A stretch of DNA of 63,992 bases, counting the filler, from Basidioascus undulatus (Eukaryota), in NCBI GenBank assembly GCA_000826855.1. It is 4 parts of 4 records of this genome, joined end to end, with 100 filler letters (N's around TTAATTAATTAA, not from the genome) between each part and the next. Parts side by side here need not be neighbours in the genome. Positions count along the whole stretch, not along the records: positions 16,464 to 32,790 come from JTLS01000590.1; positions 32,891 to 49,209 come from JTLS01000591.1; 2 more parts are not named here. One strand, given 5' to 3'. The translations under genes were made by a program, and so were the position numbers. Of the stretch, positions 28,087 through 41,235 are shown piece by piece (positions within the stretch are counted from its first letter, which is position 1; every line of letters begins with the position of its first letter). The notes beneath the pieces are model-generated. The model saw only the letters and a program-made list of their open reading frames with translations, was not told the DNA's origin and made no database searches.

Positions 28087-30348
28087 TCACGAGCATCGGC
28101 ACGCAAAGAAGTCCGCGAGCTTTTGTCCGAACGTCTTGCGCTCACCGTGGCCCTGACCCTCCTCGAAGTACTCGCCGTTGCCGACGGCACCGCCGCCGAG
28201 CCCGCTCGGTTGGCCGCGAACCCCGCGTTGGCCGCCGGTCGTTCCGCTCGGGGCGGCGATGCCCGTTGCGGAGTGGTTCGTCGCGACCTGGCTCGAGTGG
28301 CGCGTGACAAACGGCTGGCCGTACTCATCCGTCGGTCCCCGCCGGTCGAGTCCGACGTCGGACGGGCTGATGATGGCACCAGTCGTGCTCGCGTACGGGT
28401 GCGACTGCTGGTTGAGGGCCTGCTGGCTCGCGCGCTTGGTGGCATGCGGAGACGGTGCGGGGGACGGGGACGCGCCGGACGCGAGCTGGCCCTGGGAGCC
28501 GGTCTTGCGCTTGGACCCGTGGCGGACGAGGGCGGGCGAAGGCAGGATGGGGCCGCCAGCGACCTGCGCCTGCGATCCCCGACGGTGCTCGCCCCTCTCG
28601 CGCTCGCGCTCGCGTTCCCGCTGCCGGTGGTGCTGGCTCTGGTGCACGTTCGCCTGTTGCAGCAGATTCGACGTCGACTGCCGCTAGAGCGTCAGCACTG
28701 TGCATCGACGGGCCGGACGAAGCACGAATCATGACTCACCGAGCCCGCCTCCCAACCCTTGCCCCCGTTGAGCATCATCCAGTCGTAAACCCCATCCTCC
28801 ACCTCGCCCGAGTTCTTGAGCACCTTCGTGAAGAGCTCGCGAAGGAAGTCGTAGTCGGGCGTCTCCTCGAAGCCGAGTTTTCGCACGTAATTGAGGTAGA
28901 TGCCGAACTCCTCTGCAAGCACCAATCGCGTGTTAGTATCCGTCTTGTATCGAAACGCGCGCCTTTGCGCACCAGGGAAGCCTTCGCAAAGCTCCTTGAT
29001 CGGAGTTGATTGCTTCTTCTCTCCGATCTTCTCATACTTCTGCTTGTTGGTCGCCGCCTTGAGACCTTGCCAAGGCAGGCCGCCTCGCAGGAAGTACATG
29101 AAGACGTGACCGAGCGCCTCGAGGTCGTCTCGCCGAGATTGTTCTGAAAGCCGTCCCATCCGTCACGCCGTCAGAAAAAGCCCCGCTCGGCGCATGCCCC
29201 CGGTACGTACCGCGACCCAGGTGAGTGTTGATCGACATGTAGCGCGCAGTCCCGGACAAACTCTTGCGCTCGCGGTAGGGGATATGTTGCTTCGTTTTCG
29301 GGTCGCGGTACTGCTTGGCCATGCCGAAGTCGACGACGTGGATGGTGTGCGCGCCCTTGGTGCTGGGCCGGCCGATGAGGAAGTTGTCCGGCTTGATGTC
29401 GCGGTAAATGAGGTTCTTCTCGTGAATCGTCTGCACGCGCGTGAGCTGCGGGAGAGTACGAGCATCAGAAATCATGGACGAATGGGTGTAATTAGCGCGG
29501 CGGCAACCCCTGTCTTCTCTCGGCCCAGTCCGCTCCTTCTCCCCTGCCAACGCTCATCAGAAATGAGCAAAAGCTCACCATCTGCTTCGCGGTCATGACT
29601 ACAGTCTTGACGCTGAACTTGCGCCCGCACATGTCGAAGAGGTCCTCGAGACTAGGGCGGAGGAGGTCGATCACGAGGATGTTGTGCAGGCCCTCCTGAC
29701 CGAAGTAGTAGACCTGGGGGACACCGGCTGTGCAGGACACAAGCGAGGTCAAAGGGTGAACGGCGCATAATGGAGACATCCAGGACGCACGCGAGCCGGA
29801 CAGGATTTTGTAGGATCGGTACTCGTCGCGAAGCTGGGGTGCATCAGACTTGCGAGGCTCCTGAAGAAACGAGTCCGCGTTCAGCATGCCAATCCATCAA
29901 GAGCGAATGGAAGGTGTCGCGACGCACGAACTTGATCGCGACGGTTTGCGAGTTGAGGAGGTTGGTGCCTGTGAAGGGTTCGCGCACACCGAGGTCAGCC
30001 ACCATGGATGCCCAAAACAAACACGTGAGTTTGCGCCTTGTTCGCTATTCCATCGCGCGGCCACACCAGCAGCAGTTGCGCGACCCGAAAGCGCATCGGA
30101 GGCGGGAGGAGCTCAAGCACAGTATCCAGCACGCCGAGACTCACCCTCGAAGATGACACCAAAGGAGCCCTCGCCGATGCGCTTGCCGACCTTGTAGTGC
30201 ACGCTGCAAAGACGGCAGTCAGCGCGCAAGGCAAGGGGGATGAGGATGTGGGTGGGACGCACCCGACGACATTAGAGCTGGTAGAGTGCTGGCTGTGCGA
30301 GTGGTGGGACATCTTTGGGGAAGGCTGGACTACTTGCGTAGTCGTCAT
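28087..30348 (-). CDS. Casein kinase I, YCK1/YCK2 (CK1-gamma-like) type with Cys-containing C-terminus
   Basis: '[18 protein letters not shown]', '[25 protein letters not shown]', '[13 protein letters not shown]', '[41 protein letters not shown]' and '[14 protein letters not shown]'. Ends 'FFACRCS*'. Confidence 0.96.
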
Positions 30349-32790
30349 GCGATAGGAGCGCGGCGGGGAGATGGGCAAGGAGGACGGCGCGCGCGGGGGA
30401 GATGGGCGGTGGAGAGAGGCGCAGGAGGGACAGGGGATGGTGCGGATAGAGGGAGGGGAGCGGTAGGACGGTGGGAGGTCCGGGAACGCGGTGGGACGGT
30501 GTCTGAGACGGCGCGTAGATCGTGGGGGGACAGGGGCGGCGCGGGCGCGACTCGCTGCGGCCAGAGGAGCGGACGGGGATGGCAGGGGCGCTGCGCTCGC
30601 TGTGGGCGAATGGGAGGGCGAAGGTGTGCGCGGCGAGGGCGAAGGGAAGCGAGGGGCTGGGGGCAGCGAGCGAGCGAGCGAAGGACGCGGGCAGGAGCAA
30701 AGGCAAGAGAGCAAGAGAGCCCGGCCGGCCTCCGCAACGGATGGCTGGCTGGCAAGAGAGCGGCGCGTGGACCCCTGGCTTCCCCTTCGCCCGTACGCTT
30801 AATATTCATATTAACCGATACTTCTGCTGGCAGCTCGCATTTACTACATATTCTATCCATTACAGCATGTTCACATGCTCCTTGCCCGGCGGGTGCCCGC
30901 GTGTGTGCATCTTCTATGCAGATCCTGGATGTGCGGTCTTGTTGGTCCTGGAGCGGACAACACAGGGTGTTATTGTTTAATTCGCTGCGTGCGGCGATCA
31001 GGCACAAAGGGTGTCGAACGAGTACCAACCATACAAAGTACTTACCTACAAAGGAATATCCGCGACAGCTTGTCCGACCTTGCCGATCACCAACGATATA
31101 TCACTCGCTGGGGCTCACGAGGACGGAGGAAGAAACACATACCATACATCAAAACTCGAAACACCATACGCTGGACGATACAAAGACAAGACAAGACAAG
31201 TTGATGAGGCCGTGCTACTGCACCACTTAAGAATACAGACCCGCCTTAACACCGACTCGCGCCCCAGCGACCCATATCCCCCGCATCGCCGCCTAGCAGT
31301 CGCTACCCTCCTGGCGTGGGGGACGGCTGGAGGAAAGGCAAGCTGGCCCTCCACACTCTACCGCGCCTGCGCTTCCTCCCTGCGTGTCACCCCTTAGGCG
31401 TGTGATAAAAGAGCATCCAAAACCCCGTAGGGAAAAGATTGGCCCCGTCTGCGGTTGTTTCCTCCCGACAGACATAATTCTCACACGCCATAGGGGGCAG
31501 CTTGGGACCTTTAGGTGGTGTTTGGTAGCTTGGTAGAGAGCTTGGTCCTGGTTGCTCCCGGTTGTGCTCTACTCAAGATTCCACTGATGCTGTTTACAAG
31601 CCCTCTGCAGACGGCGTGACACGCCGGGAAGAGCGACGCAAAGTCAGCAGTCTCTCCTTAGGCCTCCTATAATGGAACAATGTATACCGAGCTCTATGGA
31701 TTACCTTTTCTCAAAATTGCCAGATCAACTAGGGGGATAGGCTGGTTCTTCTAGCTCCGCGTGCATGGACCAATCACAATCTCCATGGCCGCTCCCATCG
31801 CTATTGCAGCATCTGTGTTTCATCTGACATCGTCTGGTGTTGAAAGGACCCATAATCGCTATTTTAGTCACCCCCACTTTTCTAGCTGCCAGAGCTGCTG
31901 CATTCTCTGCGAGTGAGGCAGGATTCGGCGCAACTTACGTCGCACACTGTCGCGGTGGACTGGCTGGCTGAATCAGATACCTAAGATCAACTTTTTACAA
32001 GTGCCTGTACCCTGAGAGTCCGGTTTGAAGGAGTTGAATGTTCGTACAAGTTGGATCAGTCCAATGTTGCCGCTTCAAGGCTGGGATTGACAGGTTGCGG
32101 ATTTGTGGTCGAGATTTGCCGTACTGCCTATCAGACACAAACATGCGTGGGGCTATGTAAACTGTGCTATCTGGGGTTCAGAGCTCGGTGTGTGTGTTCG
32201 ACTTTGAAAAACCGGCTACGGCTCAACGCCGAACCCGCGCAACAGGGTGTCACAATGCCAAGGCAAGAACACATGCTCGTGTTTGGCTACCTCTGACAGC
32301 GAGTACCCTTGCTCTGTCAACTACTCTCGAAAATGCGCTCCAATCATCCAGTCTTGAACTGAAGTTCTTCACACGTAGGCTCGATCTTTCCGCATGTGCA
32401 CAAGTTCAGCGATGTCAAAGTCAGGTACAACAGGGATGTTAAATAGTGTACAACAATCATACAACAAGCACGCGAAGGCCCAAAGAACTACTCCTCCGAA
32501 AATGGTCCTGTTTATAACCTAGAGCAAAATCAAGGAATGAGACGGAGCCTCTCCTGCGCCTTGTCGAAAAGCCCGACGGTGGCCACAGCCCAGCGGCGGA
32601 GCGGGACCGAAAGCGTGAAGGGAGCGAGTTGGGGCAAAAGTCGGGAGAAAGGAGGAATTCCTCGTCCTCGTCGACCCTGGAAGAAGAGGACGAAACGCTC
32701 GGGGAGGGGGAGAGCGTGTCGAGGGCGCCGCAGGAGGTGCGCTGGGCCGGCTCGACGGAAGCCACGGGTGGAAGGGTCAAGAGCTGTGGT

Positions 32791-32890
32791 NNNNNNNNNN
32801 NNNNNNNNNNNNNNNNNNNNNNNNNNNNNNNNNNTTAATTAATTAANNNNNNNNNNNNNNNNNNNNNNNNNNNNNNNNNNNNNNNNNNNN
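32791..32890. other. Artificial contig-joining spacer
   Basis: 44 N + TTAATTAATTAA + 44 N. Confidence 0.98.
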
Positions 32891-33082
32891 TGAGGGAGGG
32901 GAGCGTAGGCTGGGGGTCGGGGGGACATGTAAGGAGGCTGTGAAGGAGGAGGAGAAGGAGCGGAGGGGCACGGAAACGGGAAGGCAAGGCCGCCGGGATG
33001 ACGTTGCGTTTGGGCCGGGCCGATAGCAGCGCACCCTCTTGCCCTCAAGCTTTCGTCGTTCTCACATCTTTGAAGTTCCACG

Positions 33083-34049
33083 ATGTCGTGCAACGACGAC
33101 CTAACTCTCTCCGATGTGACCGCCGGACTGCACACTTCGGCGCTATCAAGGCTCAACGCCGGCTCAGCAGCGAACAACAACCTCTACGGCGCGATCGACC
33201 GCGACCAGGTGCACGGCCTCAACGTCGGCCTCGAGAGCGAGGGCGCGGGCGAGCCAAAGGTGCTCATCAAGCCGTGGGATGAGAGGGCGAGCACGGAGCC
33301 ATTTGTCGAGTCGGGGGTGGACGACCAGGTGCGCTTTTCCTCCCCTTCCCCTTCTCTCTTTCTTCCTCCTCTCCTCTCGTCCTTCACTCGCCCTCCGCCC
33401 GATCTTCCGTTCCCCCCCGAAGCTGACGTTTGGGATGAGAGGAGAACAGCTAATAATCCACGTCCCCTTCACGCACTCCGTCCGCCTCAAGTCCATCCTA
33501 CTCCACCCGGGGCGCGGCGGCATCGCGCCCCTCTCGCTCAAGGTCTTCCTCAACCACGCCGCGGGGCTCGACTTCTCGCAGGCGGAGGAGATGCAGCCCG
33601 TGCAGGAGTTCTCGCTCGAGGAGGACAGCGCGATGGTCGTTGGAGAGAGCGTCAGAGAGTACCCGGTTAGGGTCGCCAAGTTCTCCAAGTGCGTTTAGGG
33701 TTCATTCTTCTTCCCCTCTACCGTGTGCATCCCGCCACCCAAGCATGCTGAAAACATCTCTCAACAGTGTTTCATGTCTAACACTCTTCTTCCCCGAATC
33801 GCGCGGGGCGTTCCAAACGCGCCTGTACTACCTCGGATTCAAGGGTGAGTCGCTTCAGCCGAAGAAGGAGGAGGCTGACAAGGTGCGTCGTTCCCCCGTC
33901 CTGCTCCACCCACTGTCCCCCCTCTCCAGAAGTACTGATCGTAGTATTGCTGGTGGGTAAAGCTCGACATCCGCGCCGCCAACGCGGCCGACTCCGTCGT
34001 CGACTCAGTGAAAGAGCGCGCCGCGCCGGGGCAGAGCAGCGTGCGGTGA
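33083..34049 (+). CDS. PITH-domain protein (PITHD1-like)
   Basis: 'NLYGAIDRDQVHGLN..IKPWDER..FVESGVDDQ|LIIHVPFTHSVRLKSILL..GLDFSQAEEMQPVQEF..EYPVRVAKFS|VSCLTLFFPESRGAFQTRLYYLGFKGE'. Confidence 0.92.
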
Positions 34050-34214
34050 TCTCGGTTCTCCCGGGACGCCCGAGTGGAAAGGGGGAGGGGGTGCTCCGTG
34101 CGGCGCGCGCGGGTGTCTCTGGGCTCTGGGCGGTTGGGAGGGTTGATGATTAGTGGGGACCGAGGGGAAAGAGGAGCGCGGGTAGACGGGGTAGATTAGA
34201 TGCCCAGGAGAGAG

Positions 34215-34265
34215 GGAGAGGCGGAAGGTGTTGGAGGGAGAGGCGGAAGGTGTTGGAGGGAGAGG
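34215..34265. repeat. 22-bp tandem duplication (GGAGAGGCGGAAGGTGTTGGAG x2)
   Basis: Read directly. A second near-perfect 17-bp tandem (CTGGTGGATTTRGCGCA x2) lies at ~34477-34510. Confidence 0.85.
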
Positions 34266-35663
34266 AGACGACTGTTGTACGATTCGGAGATGACCATGTT
34301 GCCACAACGGTTGACGAGCGACTGCACGGAGGGCTGGCTTGCAGAGTTGGGGTGTGGGACCGGGTGTGGGGGTTGGTGGTGCGGTATGCGAGCGCCGGCA
34401 GCCGCGCAAAGTGAGGGGTGTGGGTGGTTACCAACACTGTGGCGGTTAAACCAACCCACATCTAACATGGTGGGGCCTGGTGGATTTAGCGCACTGGTGG
34501 ATTTGGCGCACTTTACAGGAGCTTCAATCACGACCTGTCTGCATTGATCCCTAGAGTCGTGCGCATTTGCCGTGTAGGGACCAAGTCGCCACGTACTTGA
34601 ATGTGGTTGTTCGCCTGGCCTTAAGCAACGGGCATTCCTGAAGAGTCGAAGTCATTATTTCCAGAATACTAATGCACTGCCACCACAGGCTCGCATCTCA
34701 TCATCTCGGAGAGGATGTCCTGGACGGGCTGAGTCGGGCGAGGGGAACCGTGGGATCCGCGTTTCAGCGTTCCAAATTGCTGCCGTTGGCCTGGCATCGG
34801 TGACCCTTTTTCAAGATGAAACAGAATATGAAACTTTTAAACTTGTGGTCAGGAAAGGGCACGGGACCGTTCATGCTGTCGAGGTGGGAAATTGCGTGGG
34901 TGGGAACTGTGTGGACCTCACCCAGCTGTTGACCACCCCCCTCCTGAAGAGGTCATTGAAATCAAATGGCATTCCTGGTGTAGGACGTCGCAGGCCTTGT
35001 GCCCTCGATACTCGACGGACAACCCATATGGAATAGCTTTTGCAAGTTGAAGTGCACGGTGGTTCGAGTTTCGAGGCGGAACGGGGTTGAAGGTGCGCTT
35101 CAGGCCTGATTAGAGGATGAGGGCCCTCGGCGGGCAGAAAGCTAAGGAAACTAGGAAACCTTACAATGGTTTCTGGGGCCCCGCTGCGAGCGGAGTGCAT
35201 CACCTACGGACGATTGGCTTCAGACGAGCCGGAAGTTGGCTGATGGAACGACCTGCAGTCGAACTGTCGGGAGGCATTCTGTGAACCGAGTAGTTTCTGG
35301 AGAGCATGTGCTCTACTGCAATAGAAATAAAAACACTATTCCGATTGCCCAATGTAAAGCTCGTCGTAAGAAGACAACGACCGACGTTACGCTCGCGGGC
35401 GCAAATTTATGCACCGTTCGACTGACCAGGCAACCAAGCATTGTTATCGGCACGAACTTATGCCCTCATAGTAGGTCTAATCGCCGACACGCAACTTTGT
35501 ACTTTCAAACAAAATCGTCGCACGCTCCAAGTGTACAGTTGCCCACCCGTTATACACTCGGAGGTTAATGTCGCACAACGGGAATCGGTTATGTATTCTA
35601 CGAGGGCATTCCTAAGCGCGGGGCGTATATGCTGAAATGTTTGAACCGCGAAATTTCAGTACG

Positions 35664-38592
35664 TCAACGAGGGAGATTCATTACGATAGTGCCAAATGAA
35701 AGGAGTACCGACATGATGGCGTAAGGGATGCCGGCGAACAGACCCGCTAACGGGGCGGTAATTACCCACCCGAAAACGATCCACCTGTGAATGCGAGAAG
35801 CGTCCGTTAGCTTGCGATCAGGCAGACACAACCGACTGTCGCTCACAAAACCATGCGCCAGTTGATGGCCTTCGCCCCGGACGCCAGGCCGACCGCAACG
35901 GTCGAACCGCAGAGGATCTTCATGCGTATTCCTGATTGTGAGCGCCAGTGGACGTGGAGTGTACAAATAATACTGCTTACCTGGGTCGTCGACACAGGCA
36001 GAGCGAGACGTGAGGCTATGAGAACCGTGATCGCCGAGCCGAGCTCCATGGCAAACCCCCGAGAGGGAGAATGCAGCGTGATGCGATTGCCCAGTACGCG
36101 CATGATGTTGTACCCGTCTTCGGACTAAAGTGTCAGGCAAACCGAATCCTCGAAGGGGGTTTTAAACGTACAGGTCCACAAGCCGACGCAGAGCGACGCA
36201 GCGCAGAAGGCCAGGATCCACACCGGGATTTCGGACGAGAGGGAAAGCTCCCCGGTCGACCAAATAAAGTAGCTGATCGGGAGCAGAATGAGATTTTCAG
36301 AGCCTGGGGCAAGTCGACAGCATATCTAATCCCCTACAGCGTTGCAACGGGGCCAACGGAGTTCGCTGCATGTGTGTGTGTGCGCGTGAGTGTCTACAGG
36401 CGGGTTGAAAGTGCATCTCTTTACACTTACCGATATCATTCGAACCTTATACAGAGAACAAGATTGTAAGAACTAGTTTGCCCTGCAAATTGGGGTGGCT
36501 CTCACCGTGGGCAAAAGACATCGTGCACGCGGTCAAGACCTATAGCGGAACAGTTGGAATCAATAAAGGTCTACGGATGACCGCTGGGCTAAAATGTTTA
36601 CCTGAATAAAAGAGTAGGCAAACTCGGTCTTGTTGTCGCTGCAGGTCAGGCAGGTGAATCAGCGGCTCAGAGTGAGATGGATGGGAAACTCACTATTGCG
36701 CTGCGCGGGCATGCATGCGGTCGATGCGGGCTTGCTCCTTGTTTCCCCCCTTGATTTGCATCTCCAGAACGTCCACAAAAGGTCCTCCGAGCGGCTTACA
36801 CAAGCAAATGAAGTCAACTCAAATGAGGTCGGGCGAAGGCTGGGGGCAGGGGGGTTCCAAATACGTACAGTCTTACAGATCAGCTTGAAGATCTTCAATC
36901 CCAGTGAAAGGGTCTTCTCCGAGCCAGCGTCGCCTCCAGCAGAAGGATGCCGGTGAAGTATGCCGACGTCGGAGCCGCACGCGGATTTTTCCTGCGAGAA
37001 CTTCTCCTGGCGAGAGTGCGCCGCCTCGGGGTTGGCTGGGTCAACCATGGCAATATCGCTGGTTCTGCTGCGGTGACCTGAACATCCCAAGGCTCAGTCG
37101 AATTGAGATTTTCAGGAAAGGTAGATGGTTTGATACCTCGGTAGTAGTCCGGGACAGCCACATCGGCGGTAGAAGGGCTCGCATCGGACGGGGCTTGACG
37201 CCACCAAAGGAGCGGCCCGAACGAGAGATGGTACCACCGCACGGTGTAATCTCCCTGAACTGCGCGAGCGTAAACGTAGGGGACCATGAAGGCCGCCGCC
37301 CACAGCGCAGCGACACTGGCTGTTACGAGAATGCCCGTCGCGGTAGCTCCCACGGACAGGTTGGAAAGATGCAGGCGCGGGGCGCCGTTCCAAAGAATCG
37401 TCATGGTCAAGATCCCGATGGTGATGAAGAAGTATATGGGGATCGACCAGACGGCGACGATAGTCGAGTTGGGGCGGACCAGGATTGCATACTTTGTGAT
37501 TCTGATCGCCGTGAGTGGGTAATCAGCCCCCTTCAATGTGGTAGAAAGCGAACGACCCACAGGTAGATGACAATCGAGAACCCGCCACCGATAATCGGCG
37601 CAATTCCCCAAGAGGCCTATAAACAGACTTTCAAAGATTGTCGCTGGTGTGTGAGGCAATCTGGCCAGGAACGTACGAAGATTTGCGATAGCCCAGTCCA
37701 GCCCCACATGACTTGACCTCCGTCGCCGGTTGCAACACCAACCCCAGCCAGAGCACCAATGCTTCTCAGATTTTTGTCAGCTTTGGGTGTTTAGTCAGTC
37801 CCGCCTATGAGGCTTACATCGAATGAGTGCTAGACACGGGAAACCTGTAGCGAGTGGCGAGGATGACGAAGGTCGACGAGCCCAGTAGAGCACAGGCCAT
37901 GCCGAGCATCTAAGACGAGTTCATCAGCGCACTTATAAGAAGCTGAATGCGAGGATAGGTATCTCACAAGAACTGCGGGGTCCTCCCTAAAGAGGTCGAC
38001 TTTGAGGATCTGCCTCCGTATGACACCGGCGACTCGGCTGCCCACCTTCACGCCATTCCACCACATTAGTCGTTGCTCCCGCAGCCAATCGAACACACGT
38101 ACCAGCACGGCTCCGAGGAACTCGCAGATCACAGCCAGGCAGCACGCCTGGAAGAGTGTGAGGGAGCTGCCGTACACTGTGCGTCAAGCAACGCAGACAT
38201 ACTGAGGACCTGAATGCAACTCACCGGGATGATACGGACGTTGCGAAACTGACAGGGCGGTCACTTGAGAAACCCCTCAGCGGGTTTTGGGTCGGGCTCA
38301 CCTGTTTGCGACGTCGTTGGCCCCATTTCTGTGAGTCCCATAGCGTTAGTCGCCGGAGTTGAAAGGCAACGGAGAGCATCGAGTACAAGACCTTACCCGA
38401 AAGCATCCTGTCCCCACCGGCCCGCACCGATCAGCCTCCCTCCCTCATTCTCCTCCCCCTCGGCAGCTTACTAGAAACGCCCCAATGATTCCAAGTGCAA
38501 AAACGTAGTCGTACTGGTGGAACTGCCGAACGGAATCATCGGTACGCCCGTGAACCTCCGAGCATTCGACGGTGGAAACGTACGTAGACCAT
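35664..38592 (-). CDS. PHO89: PiT/PHO4-family sodium-phosphate symporter (Pho89-like)
   Basis: Micro-exons splice to MVY|FHQYDYVFALGIIGAFL|DAFG|NGANDVANS|FATSVSSR|SLTLFQACCLAVICEFLGAVL. C-terminal repeat 'IMRVLGNRITLHSPSRGFAMELGSAITVLIASRLALPVSTTQ' and 'FGWVITAPLAG'. The 3' end is approximate. Confidence 0.92.
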
Positions 38593-39799
38593 CGCGGTCA
38601 GCACGCCTACCGCAGGAAGGTGAGGTGACGATGATATGGAGTTCCCAGAGCTGATGAGTTGTTTTTAATCGTTCAAGGGGGGATCAGTGAGAGGAGGCAT
38701 GGAAAGGTGTCCAAGCTGCGGTCGACGGAGATTCCCTGGCTGGGGTCCATGCAAGCGCACTGTCTTCTGAAGCGCAACGTTATTCATGACTGAGGAAACC
38801 GGAGCGAAGCGGAGATGAAGCTAAGCCATCGAGGAACAACCCAATGAGCCGGACAGTCGTTTGTTTTCACAAACGCACGTTCAACCGTGTGTATGCGCAG
38901 CAGCAGGCCAGTAACGTGCTGGGTCTGGAGCCTGGGAGTGGTTGGATTCGATGGCCTTTCTGGCATGGAAGAATGGGATCAGGGCGGAAATGCAACGAGC
39001 AGGTATAAGATCCATCAGATGCTATTTTTGTGCGGTTGGTCTGATCGAAGTGATCACGCTCGAGCATAATCGCGAAGCTAACGCAAACTCTGTTCCGTCA
39101 GTGCGCATCGCTTTACCTGTAAACCTTCCACATGGTCGACTTTGATCTTAAGTTGATTTATGCTTTCGAAACAATTTCGTAAACCCTTTACTTTCACCCT
39201 ATCCTGCATCGCAACGACTAAGCCCTCTCCTATCATCGTGTTGGGAAAGTAAGTGCCGCCAACGTTCCGAGTGGCACTTTGCCAACATCGCGCCGGTGCT
39301 GCAATTATCTGAATGTTCACGGTGATAGTCCTTGTAACCGCCGGAAGCACAGCGCCAAAGGTCAAACCCTTGCGAAAGAAGACAGATAAGCGTGTCCTGC
39401 TCTCTTTGCTCTATCCTTGCGATTGGCTGAGCGGTGATGCCCTCCAGAATCAGGATTTCGTCTCTCATGCCGAGATTCGAAGAGGCAACCTGCATCGGGC
39501 GCATGCCTGAGTTTGCGGTTACTTCCGACACCGGTGTCTGATGGCACCAGGAGGTCTCAGGGGGGCAAGTCGAGTCTCCGGACTCTTGGCCTCGGGATCG
39601 CGTTCCGTTGGCCATTCACGCACTTGCACGAGTAGCACTCGACGGTAGAGTAGCTAGAGGGTCCCACCTCCATGATTTTTGCAAGTTGAAGGAGTCTTGG
39701 TCGCCAAAGCATTCGACTGAGGCTATGGTGTTGCCCTGACTGCTGCCCCTGCCCATCCCATGACTCCGTCAGCCTCGAGTGAAGAAGCATTTCATTTAT

Positions 39800-41235
39800 T
39801 AGCTCAATAAGAGTGCATCTCGAATGGGACTAGATGTCAATTCATTGGCACAAGTCGATCCCCACCACCGACACAACGGTCTCAACGCGGCGACGGTGGG
39901 GCTAGTCTGGATTGGCAGTTTCTCGCTTCTGTCGCTTGTTTGCAGGAGGGAAGGATCAAGCGGGACTGTATTTACTCTGTACATTCATTTATTTATTTAT
40001 TGTGGAGTTCAACTGAGGTCGCTTGGTTGTTATACACATAGCTCAGGAGTACGAGATCGGCTCGTGGACTGCCCACTACCACCTCTTTGAGGTTGAGAGG
40101 CAGGTCGGCGGCGCGAGATGGGATCGGTACCTCAAGGGTGAGCCTATTTAATACAAGAACAATGAATCTCCTTCATATTGATACATGCAGCTAACACAGG
40201 CAGCCAGTACTGCCTGCTTCGCTCGGTCCCCAAAGCAATCGCTCACTTCCGTACGGGATACAATTTACTCCCCGAAAGCGGCTGTCCATGTTGATATCTT
40301 CTCTCAACTTACGCAATAGACTGGCTTCTTTCCTAACCTGCCCCCGACCACGGCAACTGCGATTGTAAGCGAAAGCATAACGAGGGCGTTGCGAAGACGC
40401 TGCCGTCCCAGCATTCCGCTTCCAACATAGGGGTATGTCCTGCTTTTAAAATTCAGCCCTCAGGTCTCTTTGACACCTCATTGGAACAGGAGAAGCGCAA
40501 ATTCAAGGCGACGAACACCTCCAACGTCGCGCCGCCGCTCGCGTCGAGCGACTCGGACAAGCGCTCGCGGGCCGTTTACCGCGAAGACGAGCTCGTATGG
40601 GCGGTCATCGAGGCGGCCGGAGAGGAGGGCCAGCGCAGGATCATCTACTGGCCTTCCATCGTGGAAGAGGCGAAGTCTAAGGAGAGACTCGAAGTCGCGA
40701 CTGCAACGTCCCCGGTGAAGAGGTCCAACGTATGGCTCTATAGCCTGGAGCTCCTGGGGACTGCGACGCATCTGGAGCTTGACGAGTGGAAGGTCACTCG
40801 TGAGTTTCTGAAGATTTTTTTATTCTTATCTCTGCCTTCTGATGAGCTTACTGTTCCGGCATTGGCAGCCTTTCTCGCCCGCCCATGGCCAGTCGACCTT
40901 CCGCAGCCGACAGCGCGCATCCAGAACGCCTACCCCGCTTACATCCTCCGCGGCACAAGACTTGGCACCCTCCCCGAAGTCATTACTCGGACCAGACACT
41001 CTTACGCGTTCGCCCTCTCCGCATCGCCAGCAACGTCTCGCAATCCGCAAATCTGGAGCTGGTTGACGCCGACGAGCGGGAGGAGCTCTTCATCGGCGCC
41101 GAGCGTATCAGGATCGGGGACGTCGTTCGCTTGAAGGCACGAGGGACCGGACGGCGAGAAGGCGCGAAGGAGTCGCTTGTGGAGTTCGTCGAGATCGTTT
41201 GGAAGGATTCCGCCGACGCGCGCTCGAAGCGCTGA
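39800..41235 (+). pseudogene. Clr2 (SHREC transcription-silencing protein)-like gene with premature stop and frameshift
   Basis: 'YHLFEVERQVGGARWDRYLKG|SQYCLLRSVPKAIAHF|HWLLS*PAPDHGNCDCK', 'YREDELVW..IIYWPSIV', 'YAFAL/RIAS' and 'LFIGAERIRIGDVVRLK' resemble Clr2 N-terminal and C-terminal motifs. In-frame TAA at 40334-40336 and frameshift at ~41015. Confidence 0.6.

Noticed and set aside
30286..31230. 314-aa plus-strand ORF upstream of CK1
   Set aside because: Gly/Arg-rich translation of the GC-rich, purine-skewed CK1 5' UTR/promoter, with no family motif.
32457..32790. 107-aa Ser-rich minus ORF at contig end
   Set aside because: May be the 3' end of a truncated gene, but there is nothing recognisable to support a call.
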